Origin: a virus
Reading direction: 5' to 3' (one strand)
Virus record (IMG/VR): IMGVR_UViG_3300042878_002532
Span: 1 to 64,000 of that record
Length of the DNA stretch: 64,000 nt
The notes beneath the pieces are model-generated. The model worked only from the letters and a program-made list of their open reading frames with translations, made no database searches and was not told the DNA's origin. This document shows, piece after piece, positions 1 through 8,684 of the stretch. Both the position numbers and the translations under genes were made by a program. Numbering within the stretch: position 1 is the stretch's first letter; each line of letters starts with the position of its first letter.

Positions 1-356
1 GCCATAGAAACCAACTTTTTCAAAAGTTCTTTCAAACTATGTGTTGGTAGGTCAAAAGAAGGTAAATCTGCATCAGGTTCTCTTATGTAGTCTACGAATC
101 TGCTGGCTTTGTTTTTTACAAAATCAATATAGTCTTTTAACTTTTTCTTTTGTTCCATGTCAAAGACGATGGTATCACCTAAGTCAAATTCTTTTTTGTC
201 TTTAAAATTGAAGGTTCTTTTGGGTTCTTCTTTTGTTAGGTCCCATTCGAATGTATTTGGTCCTGTTTGGTTCTCTGCTATGAGCAATATGCTCGCCACT
301 ATGGATTTGAATTCCCTTTCAAGCAAATGTTCGTTGTATCTATCAATTCTTTTCAT
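1..356 (-). CDS. Hypothetical protein, runs off the window start; CTS-like N-terminus (MKRIDRYNEHLLE)
   Basis: Manual translation from ATG at 356 stays open to the window edge; TAATATATA at 363-371(-). Not in the ORF track. Confidence 0.8.
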   Translation of the reverse strand, partial: MKRIDRYNEHLLEREFKSIVASILLIAENQTGPNTFEWDLTKEEPKRTFNFKDKKEFDLGDTIVFDMEQKKKLKDYIDFVKNKASRFVDYIREPDADLPSFDLPTHSLKELLKKLVSM

Positions 357-421
357 ATTCTATATATATTAAAAATGGATTTCTGAAAACTTAATATCAG
401 ATGTTTAATATAAGGCTGTAT

Positions 422-811
422 ATGGACAAGATATACACCGTTACTATATCATTTGAAGATTGGGAAAGTTCTTCTTTCAATACTGTTGGATTTTTTTCCG
501 ATAAGAAAATGGCTGAAGAAACAATGAAGAAGTGGAAAGATTTCTTTGAATATCATGACAAAGAGATATTCAATCTACAAAGAGATTCAAATGGAAACTT
601 TGAAAGTGATGAGATAGAAGATGAATGGTATTCTAGAGCATCTAAATATGAACAGATACGTTCGTATTCCGGAGTATCAATTGAAGAGTTTCCTTTTAAT
701 ACGGACATCTTCATAAAACAAACACAAATGCGTTCAAAGGAAATGCAGGGACTTGTTCAACAATGGGAAAGAGATTACAAAATAAAAAAAATAACAGACA
801 AAAATGAATAA
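422..811 (+). CDS. Hypothetical protein with C-terminal WERDYKIKKI tag
   Basis: ORF 401..811; the second Met (422) follows an AAAC..TATAA element; overlaps the nusA start. Confidence 0.75.
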   Translation: MDKIYTVTISFEDWESSSFNTVGFFSDKKMAEETMKKWKDFFEYHDKEIFNLQRDSNGNFESDEIEDEWYSRASKYEQIRSYSGVSIEEFPFNTDIFIKQTQMRSKEMQGLVQQWERDYKIKKITDKNE

Positions 812-2033
812 CTTATTCGAATCATTTACAGAGTTTAAAGATGCTAAGAACATCAACAGACAGGAAATAATGGGTATTTTAGAAGATGTCTTCAGAAACT
901 CACTTATCAAAAAATTTGGTAGTGATGAAAACTTCGACATAATCGTAAATACAGACCAGGGAGATTTAGAAATCTTCAGAAACAGAGAAGTAGTTGAAGA
1001 TGATTTTGAAGGATTTGACAAAAACCTTCATATCAAACTATCCGAAGTTATAAAGTTTGAACCAGACTTTGAGGTTGGTGAAGAGTTTACTGATGAAGTA
1101 AAATTGGCAGAGTTTGGTCATAGAACCATACTTGGAATCAAACAGAATCTTCTTTCTAAAGTAATGGATCTTCAAAAGAGTAACATCTACAACGAATACC
1201 AGAAAAGAATCGGTGAGGTAATCTCTGGTGAGGTTATCTTCGCAAACAAAAGAGAAACTATTGTTCAAGATTCTAATGGTAACGAACTTGTATTACCTAG
1301 AAACGAACAGATGCAGTCTGATTTCTTCAAAAAGGGAGACTATGTAAAAGCGGTCGTTGTTTCTGTAGAAAACGAACACAGACCGGTAGTCATTCTTTCA
1401 AGAAAGTCTGAGAGATTACTTGAACATCTTTTAGAGTTTGAGATTCCTGAGATAATGGATGGTCTTATAACAATCAAAGAGATTGCTAGAGTTGCTGGTG
1501 AAAAGTCTAAAGTTGTTGTAGAGTGTTATGATGATAGAATAGACCCGATTGGTATATGTGTTGGTTCAAAGGGTTCTAGGTTGTTTAGTATAAAGAAAGA
1601 GCTTAATGGTGAAAACATTGATATAATCAACTATACTCAAAATAATTCTTTACTTATACAGAGAGCTCTTAGTCCTGCGAAGTCTTCTTTAGTGAAGATT
1701 GACGAAGATACAAAGAAAGCAACGGTAACTATGAAAGGTGATCAGATTGCTTTGGCTATTGGTAAAGGTGGTGTTAATATAAAACTGGCACGTATTCTTA
1801 CTGGATATGACATAGAAGTATATAGTGAGGATGCGGAGGTTGAAGAAGACGTAATGATTGACGAGTTCCATGATGAGATTGACGAATGGATAATCAATGT
1901 ATTCAAAACGATAGGATTGGATAGTGCAAAAAGTATATTGGATCTTTCTATTGAAGAACTTGTTAAAAGAACAGATTTAGAAGAAGAAACAATAGAAGAA
2001 GTTCTAAAGATACTAGGATCGGAGTTTGAGTAA
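804..2033 (+). CDS. nusA: Transcription termination/antitermination factor NusA
   Basis: NusA N-domain, S1, KH1 (IDPIGICVGSKGSR), KH2 (ALAIGKGGVNIKLA) and acidic C-terminal HhH region; Bacteroidetes-like architecture. Confidence 0.95.
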   Translation: MNNLFESFTEFKDAKNINRQEIMGILEDVFRNSLIKKFGSDENFDIIVNTDQGDLEIFRNREVVEDDFEGFDKNLHIKLSEVIKFEPDFEVGEEFTDEVKLAEFGHRTILGIKQNLLSKVMDLQKSNIYNEYQKRIGEVISGEVIFANKRETIVQDSNGNELVLPRNEQMQSDFFKKGDYVKAVVVSVENEHRPVVILSRKSERLLEHLLEFEIPEIMDGLITIKEIARVAGEKSKVVVECYDDRIDPIGICVGSKGSRLFSIKKELNGENIDIINYTQNNSLLIQRALSPAKSSLVKIDEDTKKATVTMKGDQIALAIGKGGVNIKLARILTGYDIEVYSEDAEVEEDVMIDEFHDEIDEWIINVFKTIGLDSAKSILDLSIEELVKRTDLEEETIEEVLKILGSEFE

Positions 2034-2034
2034 T

Positions 2035-2397
2035 CTACTCCGGCTTTTTCTTGAAGCTAGAAGGTAGTATTCTATCTTCTTGCTTGAAGACTTTCAATAG
2101 AACGAATACAAGTGTTCCACCTGGAAGTAAAGAAATAGAAGTAAGTCCTAATACTTTAAGTATGTCTACGGATTGGTCTTTAATCAATTTAACTTCAGAT
2201 TCAGTAAGATTTCTTTTGTTACCATTTTCGTCTAACAACTGACCTTTTGCTGCTTTGTTTAGAAGTTCATAAACAACACGAGTTTCTTGTCCCTCACTTT
2301 TTAGTGCGGTGACAAAGTCGTTATATTTGACCTTCATTTTATCGACAAATTTTGTTACGTCTGACATGTATTCTTTTACGGATTTTATGTACCTCAT
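2035..2397 (-). CDS. LETM1-like domain protein
   Basis: LTESE..IKDQSVDILK....ISLLPGGTLV.VLLK....ILPSSF matches the LETM1/Mdm38 core pattern (LPGG...LPS.F). Confidence 0.6.
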   Translation of the reverse strand: MRYIKSVKEYMSDVTKFVDKMKVKYNDFVTALKSEGQETRVVYELLNKAAKGQLLDENGNKRNLTESEVKLIKDQSVDILKVLGLTSISLLPGGTLVFVLLKVFKQEDRILPSSFKKKPE

Positions 2398-2480
2398 TAT
2401 ATTCTAAACAAATTTAAACAAAAAATATATATTAAATATAAATAATGTGATATTTATTTTAATTTTTTAAATAAAATGTC

Positions 2481-2488
2481 TATCTTTG
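2481..2488 (+). promoter_or_regulatory. Bacteroidetes primary-sigma -7 element (TATCTTTG)
   Basis: Matches TAnnTTTG 20 nt upstream of ORF 2509; no clear -33 TTTG. Confidence 0.55.
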
Positions 2489-2508
2489 TTGTTCAATAAA
2501 AACAAACT

Positions 2509-3261
2509 ATGAAAATGCGAATTCTATATCTAGGAGACATACACGGAAACTTTAGCCTTATACATCAATATGTGAAGATGTATGACATTAAGGACGCCCA
2601 CATAATTCAAGTAGGAGACTTTGGAGTAGGATTTTCTACTTTGGATAAAGAGAAACGTTCTTTAAGTATGTTTCATGATTTGTTTGTAAAGAACAATGTA
2701 ATCGTTTGGGCTATTCGTGGTAATCATGACTTCAAACCTTATTTTGACAACGATCCTTTCGGATTTACTAATATTCGATTGATTCCAGACTATACAGTTC
2801 TTGAGTTAGAAGGTAATAAAATACTTTGTGTTGGTGGTGCCGTGTCTGTGGATCGTGAATGGCGATATACTGGTGCACAACGTCGAGGAGACTTTGAAGT
2901 AAAGCCTGGACAAAGCTGGTGGAACGACGAGATTTTTGTTTTAGAAAAAGAAAAGATTGTCGATTTAAAAGGAATCAATATTGTTGTGACTCATACTTGT
3001 CCAAGTTATTGTCCTCCAGACAACACTTTTGGTTTTGGTCCGTTTGTTGAAGGAATCATTCGGGATACTGGAGATGTTGGGTTGAAGACTGATCTTAACG
3101 TAGAACGTCATGCAATGACTGAGTTGTTTCACTATCTAAAGATAAACGGTAACAATGTTGAAAAGCATTATTATGGACACTTTCATAAAAGTGAAGTTCA
3201 AACCAATGATGGTGTAGTTCATCGAATGCTTGGAGTTGGTGAATTGTGGGAAGAAAAATAA
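2509..3261 (+). CDS. Calcineurin-like metallophosphoesterase
   Basis: GDIHG, VGDFG, RGNHD, THT and GHFH motifs. Confidence 0.9.
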   Translation: MKMRILYLGDIHGNFSLIHQYVKMYDIKDAHIIQVGDFGVGFSTLDKEKRSLSMFHDLFVKNNVIVWAIRGNHDFKPYFDNDPFGFTNIRLIPDYTVLELEGNKILCVGGAVSVDREWRYTGAQRRGDFEVKPGQSWWNDEIFVLEKEKIVDLKGINIVVTHTCPSYCPPDNTFGFGPFVEGIIRDTGDVGLKTDLNVERHAMTELFHYLKINGNNVEKHYYGHFHKSEVQTNDGVVHRMLGVGELWEEK

Positions 3262-3264
3262 GCA

Positions 3265-3459
3265 ATGAGATATAAAACGGTAGTCTATGTCAAATGGAAG
3301 CTCACTGGAAGGTTTGAACTTTTCATAAACTTGGGTAAACTTTATTCTACTCATAGCGAGACTTCTTTGGGTGTAAGTCGACATACTCTAAACAAAAAAG
3401 ATTTATTTAGTGGATACCACAACGACACTATTGAGATATTCAAATGTATAGTTAGATAA
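3265..3459 (+). CDS. Small hypothetical protein
   Basis: 64-aa ORF starting 3 nt after the phosphoesterase stop and ending at a terminator. Confidence 0.6.
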   Translation: MRYKTVVYVKWKLTGRFELFINLGKLYSTHSETSLGVSRHTLNKKDLFSGYHNDTIEIFKCIVR

Positions 3460-3486
3460 AAGAGAGTGAAAACTCTCTTTTTTTTT
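3458..3486 (+). terminator. Intrinsic terminator
   Basis: AAAAGAGAGT-GAAA-ACTCTCTTTT followed by a T run. Confidence 0.85.
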
Positions 3487-3495
3487 ATGTGATTT

Positions 3496-3504
3496 TAATA
3501 TATA
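3496..3504 (+). promoter_or_regulatory. TAATATATA phage promoter motif (representative; about 24 copies in the window)
   Basis: Exact 9-mer repeatedly found just upstream of gene starts on both strands. Confidence 0.7.
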
Positions 3505-3555
3505 CTTTGTTTAATGGTCGTTGAAAACGGTCATTAAAAAATAATAAAAATCACT

Positions 3556-3705
3556 ATGGCTGCTAAAGCAAAATCATCAGGTTCTACTACTACTCATTCT
3601 GGTAGAGCTAGAAAGAAAAGACCAGGGGTTCACTCCAAAAAGAAATCTTCTAAATCTAAAAGAGCTAGAAACTACAAAAAACTTAATGTAGGACAAGGTA
3701 AGTGA
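3556..3705 (+). CDS. 49-aa highly basic protein (MAAKAKSSG...KKRPGVHSKKKSSKSKRARNYKKLNVGQGK)
   Basis: Manual translation; below the ORF-track length cutoff; preceded by TAATATATA, a hairpin and an A-rich leader. Confidence 0.8.
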   Translation: MAAKAKSSGSTTTHSGRARKKRPGVHSKKKSSKSKRARNYKKLNVGQGK

Positions 3706-3743
3706 GATTTTGAAACAAAAAACAAAAACGACATATAAGTATC

Positions 3744-4079
3744 ATGATTATTCAGATATTTTATGTCGTTTTTTTGTTATATATGTGGTTCGATACTGAT
3801 GGATTCCTTGAATACTCAAAACTTTTCGGATTGAAAAAAAGATTTAAAATAAATCTGTGGGAAGAGTATAGAGAGATAAATCCAAGATTAGAATATTTAT
3901 CGTATATGCGATTGAAACATTCCAATTTTTTCATTCGACTTATTACCTGCAAACAATGTCTTTGTTTTTGGTTAGTTTTTTTATTCTGTATTTTTTTTAA
4001 AAACTTTTTTTATTTTCCACTTATTTATATGATGTCTTATCTAATATATAACTTATTATGCAAATTGATAAAATACTAA
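3744..4079 (+). CDS. Membrane protein with CxxCxxFW motif
   Basis: Hydrophobic N- and C-terminal segments; LITCKQCLCFW. Confidence 0.65.
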   Translation: MIIQIFYVVFLLYMWFDTDGFLEYSKLFGLKKRFKINLWEEYREINPRLEYLSYMRLKHSNFFIRLITCKQCLCFWLVFLFCIFFKNFFYFPLIYMMSYLIYNLLCKLIKY

Positions 4080-4333
4080 TAATAGATTCACCGGTACATC
4101 TTTGGCGACTTATTCGTTCTAAAGAAGAGATAATAGACCAAGCATCAGATGGTGTATTCTCTATACTTAATATCTTCATGGATTGTACAGATAACTATAT
4201 AAACGGCTGTAAATGTGATAAAGAAGAACTTTATGAGATGATGAACGAACAATACAATACTTCTATAAGACGTGAAGATGTCATCTCACATCTCATAAAA
4301 GGATTTGAATGTGATAAAATAGAGTTTAAATAA
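4058..4333 (+). CDS. Hypothetical protein
   Basis: 91-aa ORF with TAATATATA at 4042-4050; ends at a terminator. Confidence 0.65.
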   Translation: MQIDKILIIDSPVHLWRLIRSKEEIIDQASDGVFSILNIFMDCTDNYINGCKCDKEELYEMMNEQYNTSIRREDVISHLIKGFECDKIEFK

Positions 4334-4368
4334 AAAAACCATTAGAAAATTTTTCTAATGGTTTTTTT
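4332..4368. terminator. Bidirectional intrinsic terminator
   Basis: A7-CCATTAGAAAA-T-TTTTCTAATGG-T7 between convergent genes. Confidence 0.85.
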
Positions 4369-4384
4369 ATTTAATGTATTTTGA

Positions 4385-4801
4385 TTATTGAATACTTACT
4401 ACTTCAATATCGAATACTAAGTCTTGTCCAGCCAAAGGATGGTTTCCGTCGATGATGATTACATCTTCTTTCACTTCTTTAACGATTACTTGAACGACAC
4501 CGCCATCACCACCATCTGCTTGAAGCAATTGTCCTACTTCAACAGGGCCAGGCATTTTGTCTGCAGGCACTTCTACCACCAAGTCTTCTCTGATCTGTCC
4601 ATATGCTTGATCAGGAGCAACGGTAACAGATACTTTTTCTCCAATGTTTTTTCCCATAATTGCTGTTTCAAACCCTGGAATTATTTGTCCAGAACCAATT
4701 TGAAACTGTAACGGGTCTTTTCCTTCAGAAGAGTCAAAAACCTCTCCGTCAAGAAACCTTCCTGTGTAATGTACTTCTACCGTACTTCCTTGTGTTATCA
4801 T
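4385..4801 (-). CDS. FKBP-type peptidyl-prolyl isomerase (SlyD/SlpA-like)
   Basis: VHYTG..DGEVFDSS, IIPGFE, AYG, DGNHPLAGQDLVF. Confidence 0.92.
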   Translation of the reverse strand: MITQGSTVEVHYTGRFLDGEVFDSSEGKDPLQFQIGSGQIIPGFETAIMGKNIGEKVSVTVAPDQAYGQIREDLVVEVPADKMPGPVEVGQLLQADGGDGGVVQVIVKEVKEDVIIIDGNHPLAGQDLVFDIEVVSIQ

Positions 4802-4856
4802 ATTAATCTTTGTTTTTTTTATTTATATTTATATCTATAAATATTCGAAAGTTTCC

Positions 4857-5591
4857 TTATATATGATTTAATATGATGTTTCCTTCTAAATCTTCTATTA
4901 TATAAGAACATGATTCACAAAAGTCACCTGTATTGTAATAGTTTTTGTTCTCTATCTTTTCTATTGCTGGAGTATGTATGTGTCCTATCATTATAGCATC
5001 ACAATTTACTTCTTTGAGTTTCATAAGACTCAGTAACTTAAAGTCGTTTACAAACGATATAGCATCTTTTACTTTGCTTTTAAGAAACTTTGATAAAGAC
5101 CAGTAGTCTAAGCCAAAAACGTTTCTTATTTTGTTGTATATGGTGTTTATTTTAAAACTAAGCTCGTAAGCAAAGTCTCCAATCATGTACATGAAAGGAT
5201 GTAGTCTTACGAATCCGTCAAATTGATCACCATGACATATGTAGATTGATTCTCCTTTTCCTGTCATATAGAACATCTGGTCTGATATCTCAATATCTCC
5301 AATGTTTAGATTACTTTCTTTTATAAGACCTCTTAGATAATGGTCATGATTTCCAAGTATATAGTTTACCTTTACACCCTTTCTTGAAAACCTAAGTATC
5401 TTCTGTATCACGGTGGAATGACTTTCATTCCAATAGAACTTTCTCTTTAGAGATGTGAGGTCTATGAAGTCTCCTACGATTACAAGTTGTTCAAACTCAT
5501 AGTTCTTGAATACTTCCAAAAGTTTTTCTGCTTGACATTTTTTAGTTCCTAAATGAACATCTGATATGAACAATGTTCTAATTTTTTCCAT
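4857..5591 (-). CDS. LpxH-like UDP-2,3-diacylglucosamine hydrolase family metallophosphoesterase
   Basis: ISDVHLG, VGDFID, GNHD, HGDQFD, GHIH, NTGDF. Confidence 0.85.
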   Translation of the reverse strand: MEKIRTLFISDVHLGTKKCQAEKLLEVFKNYEFEQLVIVGDFIDLTSLKRKFYWNESHSTVIQKILRFSRKGVKVNYILGNHDHYLRGLIKESNLNIGDIEISDQMFYMTGKGESIYICHGDQFDGFVRLHPFMYMIGDFAYELSFKINTIYNKIRNVFGLDYWSLSKFLKSKVKDAISFVNDFKLLSLMKLKEVNCDAIMIGHIHTPAIEKIENKNYYNTGDFCESCSYIIEDLEGNIILNHI

Positions 5592-6558
5592 TGTAGCTTA
5601 TTATTTTTTTGACTATTTCATCGATTGGGTTATCCCAATCGTAGTCAATCTTTTGATAGTTTGTTATCCACTTTGATATGGTATCTTTATTTAAGTCTTC
5701 TGTGAATACACCCATTCTTTTGAGTGCTATTGCATTACATAATTGTTCGTATTGTCCTTTTATAGGAATAGACCAGATTTTTTTATTGAGAACCAAAGCT
5801 TCTGTTGTCGTTGAGAATCCAGAGGCAGTGATTACACCCTTACAGTTTAGTAAGTCTTTTGTAAATCTGTCTTTGTTAAGTTTTTTCATTTGAACTCTAT
5901 CTTCGATGTAATCTTCTTTTACGTCTGGTGAGTATATTTTCCAATCGTAGCAGTTAAAGTCTTTCAGTTGCTCTAAAACATAGTCTGTGGCCAATGATGG
6001 AAGATAAACCAGATAAAAGTCTTCTTCTTTGGTTTCTTTCCCAAGTAGATTTTCACTTATTATTGGTAATGACATAGAGTCATCATACTTCAAGTAGTTC
6101 AAAGCTATGTTGTAGTCACATTTTGCAAACTTTTTCAGAAACATCTCGGATATCTTATTTGGTGTTTTAGGTCTTGGTGTATCCTTTGATAAAAATGAGT
6201 ATTGGTTTCCAATCCCTATAGAAAGTATCTTATACTTCTTTGCACTCCATGCTGAAATAGGTTCAAAGTCTGAAATGACTATATCATATTTACTTACATC
6301 ATACTCAATGTCTTTTAAGAACTGAGGTAGGTCCAACGACTTTATTGTTTTGATCCAATCTATACCACCACTTCTATTATAGAAGAAGGATAAACCACGA
6401 TAATGGTTCTTCACTTCATACGGTAACTCTAACTGAGAATTGTTCCCAGATGTTATTATATCGACTTCACAACCACTTTCTTTGAGTGATTTGATTATCT
6501 GTATAGATCTGGTTATATGACCATTTCCAGTAAGCTGTATACCATATAAAATTTTCAT
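5578..6558 (-). CDS. GT-B glycosyltransferase (MJ1255/VC2487-like)
   Basis: KILYGIQLTGNGHITRS, ISDFEP, ASGFST..EAL, PIKGQYEQLCNA. Confidence 0.85.
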   Translation of the reverse strand: MKILYGIQLTGNGHITRSIQIIKSLKESGCEVDIITSGNNSQLELPYEVKNHYRGLSFFYNRSGGIDWIKTIKSLDLPQFLKDIEYDVSKYDIVISDFEPISAWSAKKYKILSIGIGNQYSFLSKDTPRPKTPNKISEMFLKKFAKCDYNIALNYLKYDDSMSLPIISENLLGKETKEEDFYLVYLPSLATDYVLEQLKDFNCYDWKIYSPDVKEDYIEDRVQMKKLNKDRFTKDLLNCKGVITASGFSTTTEALVLNKKIWSIPIKGQYEQLCNAIALKRMGVFTEDLNKDTISKWITNYQKIDYDWDNPIDEIVKKIISYNGKN

Positions 6559-6683
6559 AGTCTATATATGGTACTTATTTCTTTTAGCTTTTTGAAATGT
6601 CGTTTTTTTACAAAAAAACACGCTTGTTCAATGCTAACTTATCATTAATTTTAAACTTTGATTGATTTTTCTATAAAAATGGT

Positions 6684-7028
6684 ATGGGTAGTAGTAAAGA
6701 CTATAATATGGATACTTGGATTGAAATAGACAGGATATCAAAGGTGATGGAGGAGGAGAGTGACAGGTTCAACTACATAATCATTTCTATGCACATGTAC
6801 AACGCACTTCTTCGTAGCCATGAATTTAATTCTTATTTCAATCATGAAGAAATAGAAGGAATCACCGAAGTAGGGTCCATGAAAGGATACAGGGTTTTTC
6901 TTGACATGTATCAGAAACCAGATGAGATACTTCTTTCATGTGATGTAGTATCTTCAAGGGACTACAAGATAAATCAGATATTAGAAGGAACAGAATTTAT
7001 AAAAGAAAAAAGAGTCAAGATAACTTGA
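6684..7028 (+). CDS. Hypothetical protein with RDYKINQILE tag
   Basis: 114-aa ORF behind AAAC-N15-TATAAA. Confidence 0.7.
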   Translation: MGSSKDYNMDTWIEIDRISKVMEEESDRFNYIIISMHMYNALLRSHEFNSYFNHEEIEGITEVGSMKGYRVFLDMYQKPDEILLSCDVVSSRDYKINQILEGTEFIKEKRVKIT

Positions 7029-7040
7029 CTCTTTTTTTTT
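7006..7040. terminator. Bidirectional intrinsic terminator
   Basis: AAAAAAGAGTCAAG-ATAA-CTTGACTCTTTTTT between convergent genes. Confidence 0.85.
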
Positions 7041-8658
7041 ATTTTTTATTTATAAGATTTTTAAACTTTTCAAATTTGGCAATAATCTTTTTGTTATCGT
7101 GATCAATCTGAATGTTGTTAGGTTCCATTGCTTTTCCGGCACCTGCCTCAACAAACTCATCTCTTGTAACATCTTTAGTATTACCTTCTTTGTCAGTTAT
7201 CTGATAGTCAAAGTTTTCGTTTGCCATTGGTTTTCCAAACTTATCTAATTTAGTAACATTTTCTGCACCGATTACTTTATTGTCCATCTCAGGTTCTCTA
7301 CCTTTTGATTCTGATGGATCTCCCCATTTTTGATTTAAAGTAAACTTAACTCCGGAAAGGTCATTGAATATTTTGTTTTTAAATAAGTCGATGAATCTAA
7401 GTCCTTGATAAGGAGCAACATCACATGTTCCAAAGATGTTTGAGATAGAACCGATACCACCGTGTCCACCAGAAACCGTAATCTCATCTTGACCGATTGT
7501 AGTGTCAGGGTCATGATATCCTAAATGTTGTTTGAAGTTTGTAAGTAAGCTTGTCATATAAACTCCTAAATCATCGATTGATTTACCATCTTTGTATAAA
7601 GGAAGATTTTCTGTTTGACCCATTTTTTTGTAAGCACATACTTGAAGAGTACCACCATATTGAAGTAATATGAATTTAGGTTCTGAATCAATCTTACCAT
7701 CTTTGAAGTCTCTTTCAACGATTGTTCTTGCTCTTAAAGCATTTGCCCAAGTTCCTGTTGGTACGAATACTAAATCTCCAAGTTTTAAATACCCGTCTAA
7801 TCTAAGTGCCCCACCTTTCCAGAACATACTGATAAGTTCTTGTTGAGAATTAAGTGTTTGTTTTGCACCAGTACCTCTTGTTCTTTTTTGCATCGTAGAA
7901 AGTCTCCATTCTGAATCTTTCATAAACTCTTTCTTACCATATTTAGTAGCGTTGTGCTCAGGGTAAAGTGCTTTCATTGTGTTAAAGATTGCATAGATAG
8001 AAGCATCTTTACAATTTGCAATAACTGCGATTAAAGTTTTTACATCCGATCTTTTTAAGAACTGATTAAAAGCTGCTCCAAATTCAAGTCTTTTCTTATC
8101 TGATTGTTTAATCTCTGCTAGATTAAAATCTAACAATCTTTGCCAATCAACACCATAGTCTTGGTATTTTGCAGCATCAATCATATCTATAACTGAAACA
8201 ATTAACTCATCTTGTGGAAGTCCTAATACAATACAAAGTGCTTCATATGCAGATGATGTTGCCAATTTTTTAACTGGTGAATCTTTATATTTGTCTAAAT
8301 CAGCAGCACTGAAAAGTCCGTGGTGGTCTAAGTAGTAATCTACTAACTCATCTCTTTCATCACCAGGCATGTTTGCGAAGTCAAGAACAATATTTATAAG
8401 TTTTGGATCAAGCGTAGTATATTTCCATCCTTCTGAATAATTTACAACACCGTACTTTACGATTTCGAATCCGTGGTCTAACAACCATTTCTTCATCTCG
8501 ATTGCACAGAAGATACCATCCATGTCATCGTGTGTATATAAAGCGACTTTCTTACCAATCTTTCCTTTTCCGATCCAATACTGCTCATCTGTAGAAGGAG
8601 TTCTAAGAGCTGCTTCCTCGTTGATATTGACCCAGTTGTTAAACTTTTTAATTCTCAT
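7039..8658 (-). CDS. DHH-family phosphoesterase-like protein with CTS-like N-terminus
   Basis: HDDMDG, LDF, LDHH and late SGGHGG motifs; begins MRIKKFNNWVNINE. Confidence 0.7.
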   Translation of the reverse strand: MRIKKFNNWVNINEEAALRTPSTDEQYWIGKGKIGKKVALYTHDDMDGIFCAIEMKKWLLDHGFEIVKYGVVNYSEGWKYTTLDPKLINIVLDFANMPGDERDELVDYYLDHHGLFSAADLDKYKDSPVKKLATSSAYEALCIVLGLPQDELIVSVIDMIDAAKYQDYGVDWQRLLDFNLAEIKQSDKKRLEFGAAFNQFLKRSDVKTLIAVIANCKDASIYAIFNTMKALYPEHNATKYGKKEFMKDSEWRLSTMQKRTRGTGAKQTLNSQQELISMFWKGGALRLDGYLKLGDLVFVPTGTWANALRARTIVERDFKDGKIDSEPKFILLQYGGTLQVCAYKKMGQTENLPLYKDGKSIDDLGVYMTSLLTNFKQHLGYHDPDTTIGQDEITVSGGHGGIGSISNIFGTCDVAPYQGLRFIDLFKNKIFNDLSGVKFTLNQKWGDPSESKGREPEMDNKVIGAENVTKLDKFGKPMANENFDYQITDKEGNTKDVTRDEFVEAGAGKAMEPNNIQIDHDNKKIIAKFEKFKNLINKK

Positions 8659-8684
8659 TGTATTGAGTTATTTTTTAGTATATA

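Noticed and set aside
804-6558. Host chromosomal DNA (nusA, PPIase, LpxH-like genes)
   Set aside because: No rimP/infB context; the genes are interleaved with phage-tagged genes and phage promoter motifs.
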